Notes: a model not told the origin generated them from the letters alone. Positions 50,511 to 62,370 are shown, counted from the stretch's first letter. The stretch: DNA of 64,000 nt from Trypethelium eluteriae (GCA_051942245.1 JAVECL010000045.1:1-64000), one strand, 5' to 3'. Translations and numbers: made by a program.

Positions 50511-52883
50511 ATGCCGACGATTTTAAATGTTGTCGCACTCATCTCCGGAGGCAAAGATTCGGTTTTCTCTATCTACCATTGTCGAGCAAAGGGACATAAA
50601 ATCGTTGCACTTGCGAATCTATTTCCACCCGGTGACGATCGAGATAGCGAGGACATGAATAGCTTCATGTATCAAACCATTGGACACAGTGTCATTCCAC
50701 TGTATGAGAAGGCCTTTCAAATACCGCTGTTTCGCATGCGCATCCAGGGATTGGCAACCAATATCGACAAATATTACTCCCCGCCAGCGAATTCTAGGAG
50801 CGTAGACGGACCCTTTCCACAAGACGAGACGGAGTCGTTGTACCATCTGCTCAGTGTAGTCAAGACAGCACACCCGGAAGCCGATGCAGTCTGTACGGGA
50901 GCCATCCTTTCGGACTATCAGCGAAGTCGCGTTGAATCTGTTGCGCTTCGACTTGGACTACAGTCTCTGGCATACCTATGGCAGTATCCGTATCTTCCCC
51001 CTCATACACAAACGTCGCTCTTGGAAGACATGGAATCGATACGACACAGAGCGATCATCATTAAGGTGGCGTCTGGCGGCCTAGATGAGTCGTTCCTTGG
51101 CCAGAACGTCGCGGACTCACGGATAATCGTAAAGCTTAGACGTGCGATGGGTAAATTCGGTCCCATTCAGGGCGGCTCTGTTCTGGGGGAAGGTGGCGAG
51201 TACGAAACATTATCTGTAAATGGACCAGGTGACCTCTGGAGTGAATCCGTGGCTATTGACACTGAGCAGATGCAGATCATTCTAGGAGAAGGAGGCACAG
51301 CAGCCCTGAACATCAGGAATGCGAAACTCTCTAGGAAAGAAGACCTAGATATGACCCAATCGGAGTCACTGCGAACTCCAGAGGGACTCGATCCCGAATT
51401 CGAATGTTTGAGAAGAGAATTGGAAACCACTCAAGTCAAGCAAAAAGCTTATCGAAACCGAGGAGATTACGCTCCCTTCACAGTAGGAGCTAGTAATCGA
51501 TTTTCAATGCACGTTGCAAGGAGTCTTCTATACATCAACAATCTAGGCGCTTCCACAAACACTCAGGGAAGTGGGAGCGTCGATGAACAGATGAGTGTTA
51601 TAATCAGCCGGCTGGCATCTTTGCTAAAAGGGAATAATCTACAAGATTCAGACGTAATATTTTCGACTCTAATCCTCCGCTCCATGTCTGACTTCAGAGC
51701 CGTTAATACGGTCTATGGAGCCTTCTTCTCTAGACCACAGCCTCCCGCTCGAGTGACCGTTGCCTGTGGCTCGAACCTGCCAGGAGGCGTGGACGTCACA
51801 CTCTCAGTGGTTGTCAATCGGCTGAATGCCAGTCTGCGCCGTGGCCTCCACGTGCAGTCGATCTCATACTGGGCGCCAGCGAACATCGGGCCCTATTCCC
51901 AAGCCGTTGGCATTGCATCAGGTTCGGGAGGCGAGGACGGGAAGAGGGCACAAGTAGTGTATATGGCCGGTCAGATCCCGCTCGTGCCCGCAACGATGGA
52001 GTTGGTGAACTATGGGGAGACTATAGCCGAGTTCAAGGAGCAGACGGTACTGTCACTGCAGCATCTGTGGAGGGTGGGCCGCGCAATGGCGGTTGAGAAT
52101 TGGCTTGTGGGAATTGCATTCGTCGCAACTCCATCTCAGTACCTGCAGACACCGGTGGAAGAGCTGGCTGATGTAGCTCTAGACGCGTGGTCGAGCCTTT
52201 ACGATTTAGTACGCAGTCTTGATCATCAGGATGAGGATAGTGAAGCAGAAGGAGTAGACGTATGGGATCGAAAGTACGGACTCAACCGTCAGGACGACGC
52301 GGACTCGTCGAGCACTATTGATACTCGACATCTTCTTCCGGATTTAGCACGTCTGAAATCGAAGGCGAGGCCGGAAGGGAATGCGCTGGTTGAGGAAGAC
52401 CCATCGACGATAGCGCACTGTTTTGTGCTTGAAGTCGATGAGCTACCACGAGGGGCACAAATCGAATGGACGGGACTCGGTCTTGTGAATAGTGACCTGG
52501 AACTTAGCTCGCAGCTAGGATCAAGAACGGTGCCTGATGCTGCTGATCCAGCAGCGCGCCAATTCGGTCCGTTGAGAGATTTAAAAAATGTAGATTATCG
52601 GTCGTGTAGGATTGAGCAGACTGGAGAAACCTATGTCTGGTTAGGTATCGAGGATGTCAAGGAGACGAGTATAGGGGCAATCTTTCGCGAGATCCTTCCT
52701 AATCGTGAGATGCTACCGAATTGTATCGTGTATGCTGGCGAGGATCTACCAGTGTCTTTTGTGGGTGACTTGGCCGCGCAGATCATACCCTGTAAGTCAG
52801 TCTGGGGCTCAGGGGCTGGGTCTTTGGCTGCTGTCGTATTCTTCACAATTGAAGGGGGAGAAAGGAGGTATGAGGATGTATGA
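50511..52883 (+). CDS. DPH6: Diphthine--ammonia ligase with C-terminal RidA/YjgF-like domains
   Basis: VALISGGKDS, SFMYQTIG, GAILSDYQRSRVE, GEGGEYET, LHVQSISYWAPANIGPYSQA, LPRGAQIEW. Confidence 0.95.
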   Translation: MPTILNVVALISGGKDSVFSIYHCRAKGHKIVALANLFPPGDDRDSEDMNSFMYQTIGHSVIPLYEKAFQIPLFRMRIQGLATNIDKYYSPPANSRSVDGPFPQDETESLYHLLSVVKTAHPEADAVCTGAILSDYQRSRVESVALRLGLQSLAYLWQYPYLPPHTQTSLLEDMESIRHRAIIIKVASGGLDESFLGQNVADSRIIVKLRRAMGKFGPIQGGSVLGEGGEYETLSVNGPGDLWSESVAIDTEQMQIILGEGGTAALNIRNAKLSRKEDLDMTQSESLRTPEGLDPEFECLRRELETTQVKQKAYRNRGDYAPFTVGASNRFSMHVARSLLYINNLGASTNTQGSGSVDEQMSVIISRLASLLKGNNLQDSDVIFSTLILRSMSDFRAVNTVYGAFFSRPQPPARVTVACGSNLPGGVDVTLSVVVNRLNASLRRGLHVQSISYWAPANIGPYSQAVGIASGSGGEDGKRAQVVYMAGQIPLVPATMELVNYGETIAEFKEQTVLSLQHLWRVGRAMAVENWLVGIAFVATPSQYLQTPVEELADVALDAWSSLYDLVRSLDHQDEDSEAEGVDVWDRKYGLNRQDDADSSSTIDTRHLLPDLARLKSKARPEGNALVEEDPSTIAHCFVLEVDELPRGAQIEWTGLGLVNSDLELSSQLGSRTVPDAADPAARQFGPLRDLKNVDYRSCRIEQTGETYVWLGIEDVKETSIGAIFREILPNREMLPNCIVYAGEDLPVSFVGDLAAQIIPCKSVWGSGAGSLAAVVFFTIEGGERRYEDV

Positions 52884-53133
52884 GTATGTTGGGAACGCTG
52901 CCGGATCCGTCAGATCTTGACAATCAGACCTGGATGAGCTCCCAAGCAGAAATTATCTTGATAGAATGAGCTTGGTTGAGGTATGTTTTCCTGGCCATAC
53001 CTAATATGTAGGATCCAGGTTCCGTGATAGAATACATTCAACCTCAGGTACAAGGTCCCTCGCATTGATGGAGTCCCGTAAGCCACAGTGCTCCTCTTAA
53101 TCCTACAAGATATGCCCAGATTAGACACAGACC

Positions 53134-53886
53134 TTATCTCGCATCCTTCCTCTCCTGCGACCTCCTCTTTGCCCTCACCTCCGCCTTCCTCCTCTCTCCT
53201 CCATCCACCTTGTGCCCCCTCTTCTGCTCCCACAACCCTTCCTTCACTGCCACTCTCGCCACGTTCCCCTCCGTCCCCTTCACCAACTCCACATGCGGCC
53301 CGCTTATCGTATGGCCCCCCATCATCTGAATCATACTCGGTGCCACAGTCTCCTTGAACTCCTCCGCGCTCTCAATCTCCGCCCCCGGCTTCACATTCAC
53401 CACCACCTTCCGCATGCCAGGACTCCGATTCGCCGTCGCCACTGCCCTCACACCGCCCTCTTCCTCTACCGCATTCGAACCCGCCGCCGCGTCCGGCACT
53501 TCTACTATGCGCAGCTCCCCAACCCCATCCTGCACATGCTGGAAGTCGCCCCCGACCCCGAACTCGCCGTTCCGAAACTTCTCGCGCCACCGCAGCAGGT
53601 AGCGGCGCGAGCGGGCGGGCTCGACGCCCAGTTCGCGCAACTGAGGCGACGAGAGCGAGAACAGCGCTTCCCACGTGGGGATCTTGGAGGCGTGTTGCGA
53701 GAGTTGGCGGCCGATGAGGGTGAGGAAGGTGGAGGGGTCAGGGCAGAAGGGAGTGGGTTCGGGGATGGAGCGTCGAGGCGTGCCGGAGTGGAGGCAGCGG
53801 GTGCAGAGGAATGGGACGAAATGTCGTTTTAATGGTAGGGTGGTGGGTATATTAGATATAGGGAAGGGAGGTCGAAGGGGTTGCAT
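53134..53886 (-). CDS. FYV4: Mitochondrial small ribosomal subunit protein mS41 (IGR domain)
   Basis: TFLTLIGR, WEALF, LRELGVEPARSRRYLLRWREKFR, WEQKRGHKVDGGERRKAEVR; basic presequence-like N-terminus from ATG 53886. Confidence 0.88.
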   Translation of the reverse strand: MQPLRPPFPISNIPTTLPLKRHFVPFLCTRCLHSGTPRRSIPEPTPFCPDPSTFLTLIGRQLSQHASKIPTWEALFSLSSPQLRELGVEPARSRRYLLRWREKFRNGEFGVGGDFQHVQDGVGELRIVEVPDAAAGSNAVEEEGGVRAVATANRSPGMRKVVVNVKPGAEIESAEEFKETVAPSMIQMMGGHTISGPHVELVKGTEGNVARVAVKEGLWEQKRGHKVDGGERRKAEVRAKRRSQERKDAR

Positions 53887-54984
53887 GCTTCGAGAGGGTT
53901 GATGCGTTCTTGGTGGAATGTTCGTCAATTACGGCCTGGAAAGTGGAGTAAAGACTTTCGTTTGGACGAATATGATTTACGAGAATCCAGTATTCGGATG
54001 CTAAAACGGAGGGGAATTGAAAGGAAGATGTGGTGAGAGACTTCCTGGTTGCCCGATAGTAGGAGATTTTGAGGTGTATGGAACCTGCGCTCGTGCATAA
54101 ATTTGTGCGCGAATTGCTCAAAAATAGTGAATCGATGATTTTCGGTCATCCAGCCGCAACTCTGGCACACTCGATCCACCGTCTCTCGATGGATGAAAGA
54201 GCATTGCAAGAGCCTAGGCTCGCTCGCTCGCTATAGGCTCACAAGTGACGATCTCAGCCTTCAACATTGAGCTAGAAAATTATGGGTGTCGTCGTCTACC
54301 TATCCACTAACTGGTGACCTTCTTGGGTTGTGTTTTCTTGTCAGTATGCAAAGTCTCATCTCATCCTGCGCGCAAAATGAGGATGTGAGCTCTTACTTTT
54401 TATGGGAGGAGTAAGATCAAGTCACAGAGGAAAAATTACTGTTGTACCCGGGAAGTTGTGTCCTGATGGTGCTCATGCCAAAATGTAAATGGAAAGAATT
54501 TCATTTGTCTTTCTCTTCTTCCCCTGGAATTAAAGCATGACTGCCTTTCGTCTGAAGATTTTTAGCTTCCAACTATAGCAGTTGACATGATACTGGGAAA
54601 TAGCATATTCTCAACAAGTTCCTGATTGGCGTGGCAAGCCTTGACTTCTTTTCAGAAATATGGACACAGACGTGCCTTCCCTTCATTATCTACATGTCTC
54701 AACATGGCTTCTCTAAGTGGGATTGCCCCCTGGGAAATGACTCCTGCTCTCCGATCTCAAGGTACTACGAAGCGTTGCTCCAACCACCGTCTTTCCATTA
54801 AGTGTCAGACCTACTTCGATTGCGTACTTAAGGATGCAGCGGTTATTTCCGAAAGGTGCGCACCGGGTTAGCTTTTATGGCATCTTACCTCCCTTTGCGT
54901 GGCAACATTTCAACAATAGTGAGTCTGAGTGGCCGATAATCACGGTCTCGTCGTTCCTGACATACCGAAGACAAGATTTCTTCG

Positions 54985-55500
54985 ATGACCGGTTCCAATA
55001 CTCATTTGTCTGCGATCGTGACAGACCGGCTTGCTTCGCAGGCAAGAAATATGTCTACCCTCGGTAAGACTCGGTGGCAAATAGTGTTGAGTACTGCCTG
55101 GATTGACCTCCGATATCAAGCTAAGCGCGCAAAACGTCCAACGAGTGAGAATCTCCACTGGTCGCCTGAGACGGTCAAATTCCGCGGCGAGACCCCCAGC
55201 AGGATTTTCAGAGATATTGCGATCGCGAGGGAGGAAATCGTGAAGGCCAACCTGAAGCTCCACAGTCCTTCGAGGAATATCCAGAACGTCATTGATCACG
55301 ACCTTCATACGATTCAACGTCTAGCTATAGTGCTGCTTAACCTGCGAAGCATGAATGCACAGATTCATGCCGTGCGTGAAGGAAGAACGATCAAGTTTCG
55401 CAGATGGTACGAAGACAATTCCGTCTTTGCGTTATATGGAATTCTTTATCTTGGACTCATAGTTGTACGTCTCGTTTTCGTTCCCCCGTGCTTTCTATGA
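54985..55500 (+). CDS. Hypothetical protein with C-terminal hydrophobic helix (true 5' end uncertain)
   Basis: 171-codon ORF ending VFALYGILYLGLIVVRLVFV; no family recognised. Confidence 0.35.
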   Translation: MTGSNTHLSAIVTDRLASQARNMSTLGKTRWQIVLSTAWIDLRYQAKRAKRPTSENLHWSPETVKFRGETPSRIFRDIAIAREEIVKANLKLHSPSRNIQNVIDHDLHTIQRLAIVLLNLRSMNAQIHAVREGRTIKFRRWYEDNSVFALYGILYLGLIVVRLVFVPPCFL

Positions 55501-55738
55501 TAACGGACCGATACAGTTATTCCTCTGTGTGGTGATAAAGCCCCGGAAGAGCCTGTAGAGGCGCTATAGTATGGACAGTGGGACCAATGTGGAACTTGGG
55601 TGCTTCCGTGTCAATGATGTTCGCGATGCTCGGCATCTAGATCCTACAAAACCTTTCCTGGGTTCAATGTGGCCAACCCCACCGAGGTTCACGTAGTGTA
55701 GTATTACATATGCTCGTTCTGTATCGACTACTATCATT

Positions 55739-56711
55739 TCATGACCCAAAATTCAGCTTGACTCTGCTCTGCAAATCCTCAGTTACACCTATAGACAGTA
55801 GGTACTGCTCAACGGACCCAAATTTCTCAGTAATATGTCCGGAAACCGTGGTTACGAAATCAGGCGGACATCCAGCAAAGTCATCCGTCAGCCCAATTGC
55901 GTGAATTTCTTCAAGCTTCGATTCCCTTTCCGGCAACAACTCAGGCTCTGATAGCAGGTAATCATATTCAATTGCTTCCAACGGCACACCAAGCAACAAG
56001 AGAACAAGTAAGATGGAGATACCGGTTCGGTCCTTGCCTTGAGTGCAGTGGATCATCACCGGTAAATTAGTCTCATCAGCAAGGATCCTAAAAATTTGGT
56101 GAAATTCGGCACCGCTCGCATGTAGAGTATCAATGGCAAGGCCGTGAAGACCTCGTTCACGCATCACATTCGTCCCAAGGATACTGATGGCTTCGAGACG
56201 ATACCCTGTTGCCATGAGACCGATCAACTTCGTAGTGTTCCACCATGATAGTTTTGAAATGAGACTGCGAGAGTAGCCAGAGCCATTGAGGCTAATGTCG
56301 TGATAGGTGATGCCAGGAATCTTCAAAGGCCCTGTGACGGCATCATCGGATTTGGGGACGGCCGCAGATGCTTTTACTCGAGCATCACGCTTTCGCGCTT
56401 GCTCAATATGCTCAGACCTGCGGATATTAGTGAATGCTGACAACAGCGCGGAGTTGCGTCGTAGCTACTTCGTACGGAGGTCAATGATGGATCTCACTCC
56501 ATACCGGTCGACTAATTGCTTTCGTTCTCCGACTGAAGCCTCATCGGGCCTAGCTGAGCGGTAGAGTCTTCCCGTCTTTAGTGTTCTGAAGCATCAGACA
56601 GTTGTTAGCAAAAGTAGATGATCCATTTTGGCTGGCATGTAGGCGAGCTCACTTTTGCCCGAGGTGGCTGTTAACAGTCTCTGCTACATCTCTGAAGTTC
56701 AGAATTGCCAT
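55739..56711 (-). CDS. Protein tyrosine/serine phosphatase (Y_phosphatase3, PtpB/IphP-like); exons 56711-56653, 56585-56469, 56417-55739
   Basis: ILNFRDV, GRLYRSA, IIDLRT, catalytic HCTQGKDRTG (CX5R), DYLLS; two phase-2 introns restore the frame. Confidence 0.93.
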
Positions 56712-56930
56712 TGGTGGATTACTGAATGATACCTATGACCAAGGGTGCAAGCGTGCTGTTCCCAAAACAGCAGCCTTGAGAGGCACGCGGGAAAGAACCG
56801 GATGGTAGGTACGTCAAAATATGGTATGTAGTGGGTACTGTACGTATGATCAAGGTCCCGCAATGCATCCCTGCGTCAATCTATGAGGTGTTTCGCATTG
56901 ATCTCGGCGGTCGGCATGACGACGCTTGAC
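56703..56930. repeat. Direct repeat copy 1 (~228 bp; upstream region and first three codons of the phosphatase gene)
   Basis: Aligns with 58685-58909: aattgccattggtgga...aacagcagcctt...gtcaaaatatggta...gtgggtactg...gtcccgcaatg...gtcaatctatg...tttcgcattgatc...tcggcatgacg.cgcttgac. Confidence 0.93.
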
Positions 56931-57574
56931 GTGTATCCACCGAGGAAAGAGAGTTTCTAGCGAAGGGCGATCGGGCAGAGGACACTATAACAGAAAGGGC
57001 TCTGCAGACAACCTCGTCCTTAAGACGGCCATCCTCTTCAGAACCGTTGCTTTCACGAACGCCATATTTTCAAGAGCCGCCATTCTTCAGAACCTCCTAT
57101 CCTTCGGAACTACCCTTTACAATCGTCATTCTCATGAATGCCACATTCTTACCTAGTTCTGCACAACGTCGATGCTTGCTAGCTATGTTCTCAAGATCTT
57201 ACTTTCCTCAGATCTCACGGACATTATTTACCCAATAAAGTCGAGTGAGAAAGGTGACCACTTTTGGATCTGCATATATAAACTTGTTGGTGATATTCGT
57301 TCACTTTCCAGTCTCAATTCCAAATAGTACGTACTTGCAACTATAGAAATACGTGCGACCTGGCCATCTCCTCGCTCGGTTTGCTCCTCGCACGGAGAGG
57401 TCCTCTCCTACTGCACCGCCGAGCGCAGAAGCTCTTCCAGTTTCGAGACTATCTATGGAAAAGTACGAATCGAAGCTATCGCAATAGGCTTCGTAAATCT
57501 TGGGACCTTAGTAGCGCGTGTCGAAAATATGAACCTACTGTCTCGACACATCTGCAGCCGCAACTCATTATCAC

Positions 57575-58693
57575 TCATTCCAAATATGGTGGTGAACCTG
57601 AGCCCCGTATCAAGGGTATACGGTAGGTAAGAAACTTTGGGAGGGCCTCCACGACTACAGGATTGTAGGGTCCAATTTTGCCTTCGTCCAGCTGAAAGGC
57701 ATCCAAAAGCGTCCCTAGCGTAACGGCGATCTGGACTGCCTCCGGATTGACCTGACTGCGAACATTTTCAGGAATCTCGTCCCAAATCTCCTGCCAAAAT
57801 CCTCTCTCGGCGTCCTCAAACTCGGGCGGCATGTGAAACTTCTTCTCAGAAAACTCGCCAGCAAGTGTGTGAACACGGCAAAACCCCATACCAAAGGGAA
57901 GAGGGGTCGATAATTCCCAGTCAACAATACCAGAGACTTTACAGTCACTGTCAACCATAATATTAACATCATTTAGGTCGAAGTGAGCGATAAAAAGTGG
58001 TAGGTGTTTGAGCTGGTCTAATTGGCCACGTAAATCTCTCGCTATACCATGGAATTGACTAATTTGGGTATCCTCAGAGGCCAGGAGTAGCTCCAAGTGC
58101 GGGTAAAGCTTGTGATTGACAACCAACTCACTATTGTCGTTGATATAGCCTCTCGATAGGATCCGGCCCAAAGATCGGACGGTGGTAATCCTTGTTTGTG
58201 AGACTTTCCCTCTTGCGCCATCAAGCCATGTTTTCCCTGGTATACACGTCATCCAGTAAACCCATATGCCCTCACATTCCAGCTCTGTATTCTGGATTAC
58301 TTCAACATCAGGGACTACCGCGCCAAGCACTCTCCGGGCAACCTGAAAGGGCTCAAGATCTAGGGGTTCGGGTCGGAACTGTATAACAACGTCTTCGCCA
58401 TTCTGCAGTGTTACAATGGCCGTCCTACTGAAAAACCCTTGTGGTCGGGGTCCTCGAGCCTTCTTGGCGGCAATGCCTGAGTGCAAGTGGGCCAGTCGCC
58501 GCGCTTGTGTGGTCTGCTTCGAGGGCGTATTCAAGCACTTTGGAAGGTCGGCATCAGAGGTAATCTCAATAGTCATAATGTCTTCGACATGTGACTTAAG
58601 TAAAGTGATAAGATAGATGATGGGTGAAGATTGAATGGAAGAGCGCCGTCGTGGTGAAGGCAGCGGTATCGATTGTTGACAATTAATTGCCAT
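57575..58693 (-). CDS. Aminoglycoside-phosphotransferase/choline-kinase-like protein (intronless); alternative start 58576
   Basis: QGFFSRT, VVIQFR, VVPDV, MTCIPG, Brenner-type HFDLNDVNIMV and GIVDWE motifs. Confidence 0.88.
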   Translation of the reverse strand: MAINCQQSIPLPSPRRRSSIQSSPIIYLITLLKSHVEDIMTIEITSDADLPKCLNTPSKQTTQARRLAHLHSGIAAKKARGPRPQGFFSRTAIVTLQNGEDVVIQFRPEPLDLEPFQVARRVLGAVVPDVEVIQNTELECEGIWVYWMTCIPGKTWLDGARGKVSQTRITTVRSLGRILSRGYINDNSELVVNHKLYPHLELLLASEDTQISQFHGIARDLRGQLDQLKHLPLFIAHFDLNDVNIMVDSDCKVSGIVDWELSTPLPFGMGFCRVHTLAGEFSEKKFHMPPEFEDAERGFWQEIWDEIPENVRSQVNPEAVQIAVTLGTLLDAFQLDEGKIGPYNPVVVEALPKFLTYRIPLIRGSGSPPYLE

Positions 58694-58909
58694 TGGTGGA
58701 CTATTAAATAATGCCTATTACTAAGCATTTTATTTCCAGAACAGCAGCCTTAACAGGCACGCGAGGTGCGAGGAAGAACCCGGTGGTATGTATGTCAAAA
58801 TATGGTAGTGGGTACTGAGTATATATGATCGACGTCCCGCAATGAATCCCTGTGTCAATCTATGGGGCGTTTCGCATTGATCACGGTTGTCGGCATGACG
58901 GCGCTTGAC
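58685..58909. repeat. Direct repeat copy 2 (~225 bp; supplies ATG GCA ATT and upstream region to the APH-like ORF)
   Basis: Diverged copy of 56703-56930 with many C>T/G>A differences and small indels. Confidence 0.93.
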
Positions 58910-59361
58910 CTTTGCGAGTGATTCCATGCCTCAAAAATGATAGTCCTGGGGCGATTAGCCTTGGTAATTAGAGTGCTACGGCTTCCGAAATGGACTGGCT
59001 TGGTCCCCAAAGTGTCATCCGGCAAGGCGGTTAGTGGTTAGCTGCAGCCACAGTTGAGGCGATTGGCCGTTGCCGTGGCTTGAGCTCCCGAAGGACGTAC
59101 GTCATAGTCAAGTCTAGAGGTAGGGAGGCAGCCTTTACCATTCCTCCGTGCACAAGGTGACGGTCTGTCTCCGCTCCATTTTGCCTAATGCTTTACATCT
59201 CTACTGCCTGCGTCGGCCATGCCTTTGGGCACTTTCTAAGTCTACTACTTCCCTTTCGTTTGTGACTGTGCTCGTGATTTGACCACGACCCCCGAGTCAA
59301 AGTCGCTTCCACCCCCAAACAACGAGGCGCATTCTCCAGACCGCTGTGCTGCTTTACTACA

Positions 59362-62300
59362 ATGAACCCAATCAGCTCTTTTTGGGCTGGCTCGAAAGCC
59401 GACCGGCCCTCTGATGCCTCAGCGACAGCCACAGAATCGCAGACTGTGCCAGCGACAGGCGATTTAGTCGAGCAGAATACTGGTCAGGCTCCTGTAGACG
59501 ACGCACCGCAATCGAGATCAAATGGCTCCGGTACAATGCTCTGCCCTGATCCATCGGCACATCATTCCTCGCCAAATTCCAAGCTTTCAGCGTCGGGTGC
59601 GAGTGCCGGACTCTACAAGACGGATCCTAACAAAAATACTGCAACATCCCCCACTTACCCGCTGGACAAAGACGGAAAGCTTTCATCTGCAGGTGAGATC
59701 TCACAGCTTAATCCCGAGAATGTCTACGTGTGCGCTGTCTAACCGTCTCGAAAATAGGCGCGGCAACTTCCTTGAAGCACGCGAGAGCTTCGGATTTACC
59801 AAGTTATCCTGTATTAGGTATCGACCGACAATCGGCGGCGGGCGCAGCTGCAAGCCTTGGATTTGCGAATCAGAAATCGTTCGAGCATTGGAAGCCCGAT
59901 CCCTCATCACATGCAGGCAAGGCAGCGCTTTTGGCACACGATTATAAGATGAAGCCCGTATGGCAGCCGGAGTTAAGTGCTGCTGGGTCTAAAGCTGCCA
60001 TTCTTGCCCATAAAGGTGGTCCAAATCTAAATCTATGGGAACCAGAAGCTAGTAAGGAAGGCAATTCTGCAGCTGGCATTGCCCTGCGTAATCGAGAATT
60101 AAGCCCAACGCTGGACTATGGGTACACAGCTGATGGTCGCAAAAATGCCCTGGTAGCAGCGACAGGCGCTGTGGGTAGAAGTAGATCTGGATCAACACCT
60201 ACCCCCGTGAAACAATCATATCCGGATGCTCACAATGCTCCTTACAATGCACTCAATGCCGCAACAATAGCTCATAAGCCGAGTACCAAGTCCACCCCGG
60301 AAGATGCCAATTTGATTGACTCCAATGCCATGCAATCTGCGCGTATCACGCATTATGGAGCAAACGTATCAAGAGAAATGTTTACGGAGCACCCGCCAGT
60401 CGAGCCCGAGGTGGAGGAAAAGAAGAAGAATGACGCGCTACGTGGAGCCTCATTGTCCATGGCGAAGCAAATGTATGCTATGCAACAACAAGCGATCGAA
60501 GAAGCAGCAGCTGGAGATGATGGCTATGATGCAGGTCAAGCGGCAGCATCACTGGCTGGAAATCGACAATCTATGGCCAGCACACACACCCTTGACATCA
60601 AGCAACAAGCAATGCAGTACATTCATCTCCAAGAAACTGCGCAGAAGCTTGCAGCTGATCGACTGGCGAAACTTGATGCTGAAGACCATGGTGCGTACCG
60701 TCGACATTTCGGTTTTCATGTCGAGCCTCAACGATCACGATTGTCCATACGTAATCGTAACAGTGCGCGCCGCGCCTCCAGTGAGGGAAAGCGGCCTTCT
60801 ACTGCATCTGATGACGATGAACTAAGATCGCGGAGGATACGACATCAAATGTCGGAATTTCAAGACCAGGTTAAGCAAGTCGACGCCAAAAAGCGCCAAA
60901 AAGACCGCGAAAACCTCCTCGCAGCCGCTGAACGAAGCGTACAGTCTCGTTTGCATGCTATGGATGAGCGTGTCTTTGCCGAAACCGGGAAAGTCTCGCC
61001 TGCTATGCTAGAAGAATGGGAAGCCAAAGCTCGCGCAAAGGCAGCAAAGGAAAGCGAATCGCGGATGCAGAATCGTGGCTTGATCGATGTGGGTGGAGGT
61101 AAGCTCTTGGAGCAGAGCGAGATTGACCGAATCGCAGCGGAAAGAGTGCAGCCTACACTGGATGAGGTCAATCATGAAGCTGAGCAACACAGGGCAAGAG
61201 ATGAAGAGATGAGATTGGATGCTGAAGAGAAGAAGCGCCATGCTCAAGTAGAGAAGGACAGGGATAGAGAAACGAAAGCTGAGCAGAAGAGAGCGAAGGG
61301 TAAGATGATTACCGCCTGTTTGATACAATATGCGCATTCTTACCGTTGACAATGTAGATGAAGAGAAGCGGGCTTCCAAAGCCAAGAAAGAAGAAGAAAA
61401 GCAGGCTGCCAAGGCAGAAAAGCAAGCCAAGAAGGACGAGAAGCGAAAGTCCAAGGAAATCAAGAGAGGTACCGATCCCGCTACTGCAACAGCTGTTGAA
61501 GTTGAGCAAGTTGCCGCCGGTACAGGTACCGACCAGCCACACACGGCACAAGGCGAAGAGGGCGACGAGGCTGAGGAAGACGAGGACGCGGAACCACCAA
61601 CACAAGCAAGTCAGTAAAGCCACACTGATGTCAATGATAATGCACATGATTTTGCGAATCATGTAACTTCAACCCTCATTGCTGACAATGATAAAGCTAA
61701 CGTAGCACCTACTCTCGCGCCTGCCCCCGAGACTCAGCAGTCAACCACAGCCAACGACATGTCGACATCCGAGCCCGTTGACGAGCCAGCCACACAAAAA
61801 GCCGAAAAAGCACCCATCCCCCCAGTCACCGTCCCCGCCAGAAGCGAAAAGCCCGCCGAGACATCCCCAACATCCCCAACATCACCTACTAAATCCAGTG
61901 GGCTGAAATCCCTCTTCTCTAAACTCCACCGCAAATCCAAAAGCACCTCCGAACCAGGTAGAATCACCATCACCCACCCTCACACCTACGGCGGTACCTC
62001 CGCCGCCGCCGACACCGCCGTCACGGAAGAGGGCTCGGCGCCCCGCACGTCTTCCTCGCTCGCCCCGCGCTCCTCCATCACAACGACGACCAATGAGCCC
62101 AAGACCTCGTACGAGAGCAGCGCGGCGCATGCGCCACCGTCCGTCAGCGCGCGGGATTCGGTATCGGAGGTTGCTGCAGGCGGAGAGAATCCTCGACACA
62201 GCACGGCTGAAGAGAGCAGCGCTGTCAGCGATCTGAGTGCGGAGTTCGAAGAGGCGAGGGATGGGTTCAATGAGGCGGCGGCGCCGGTGCTGCATTTTGC

Positions 62301-62370
62301 TAGTGCGGGGAAGAAGTCGGGCGAGGGTGCGAGTGTGGGGAGGGAGACGAGGTTTCGGGAGGAGGTGTGA
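59362..62370 (+). CDS. Eisosome protein 1 (Eis1)-like protein; exons 59362-59692, 59758-61299, 61358-61609, ~61697/61706-62370
   Basis: Repeated SAAG.AA.LA segments, FEHWKP/LWEPE, LQETAQKLAADRLAKL, MDERVFAETGK, IDVGGGK, long coiled coil and terminal ETRFREEV; canonical introns. Start could also be ATG 59536. Confidence 0.78.

Noticed and set aside
53212..53832. 206-aa antisense ORFs over FYV4 (and similarly 61882-62502 over the Eis1-like gene)
   Set aside because: Shadow ORFs caused by GC-rich skewed codon usage.
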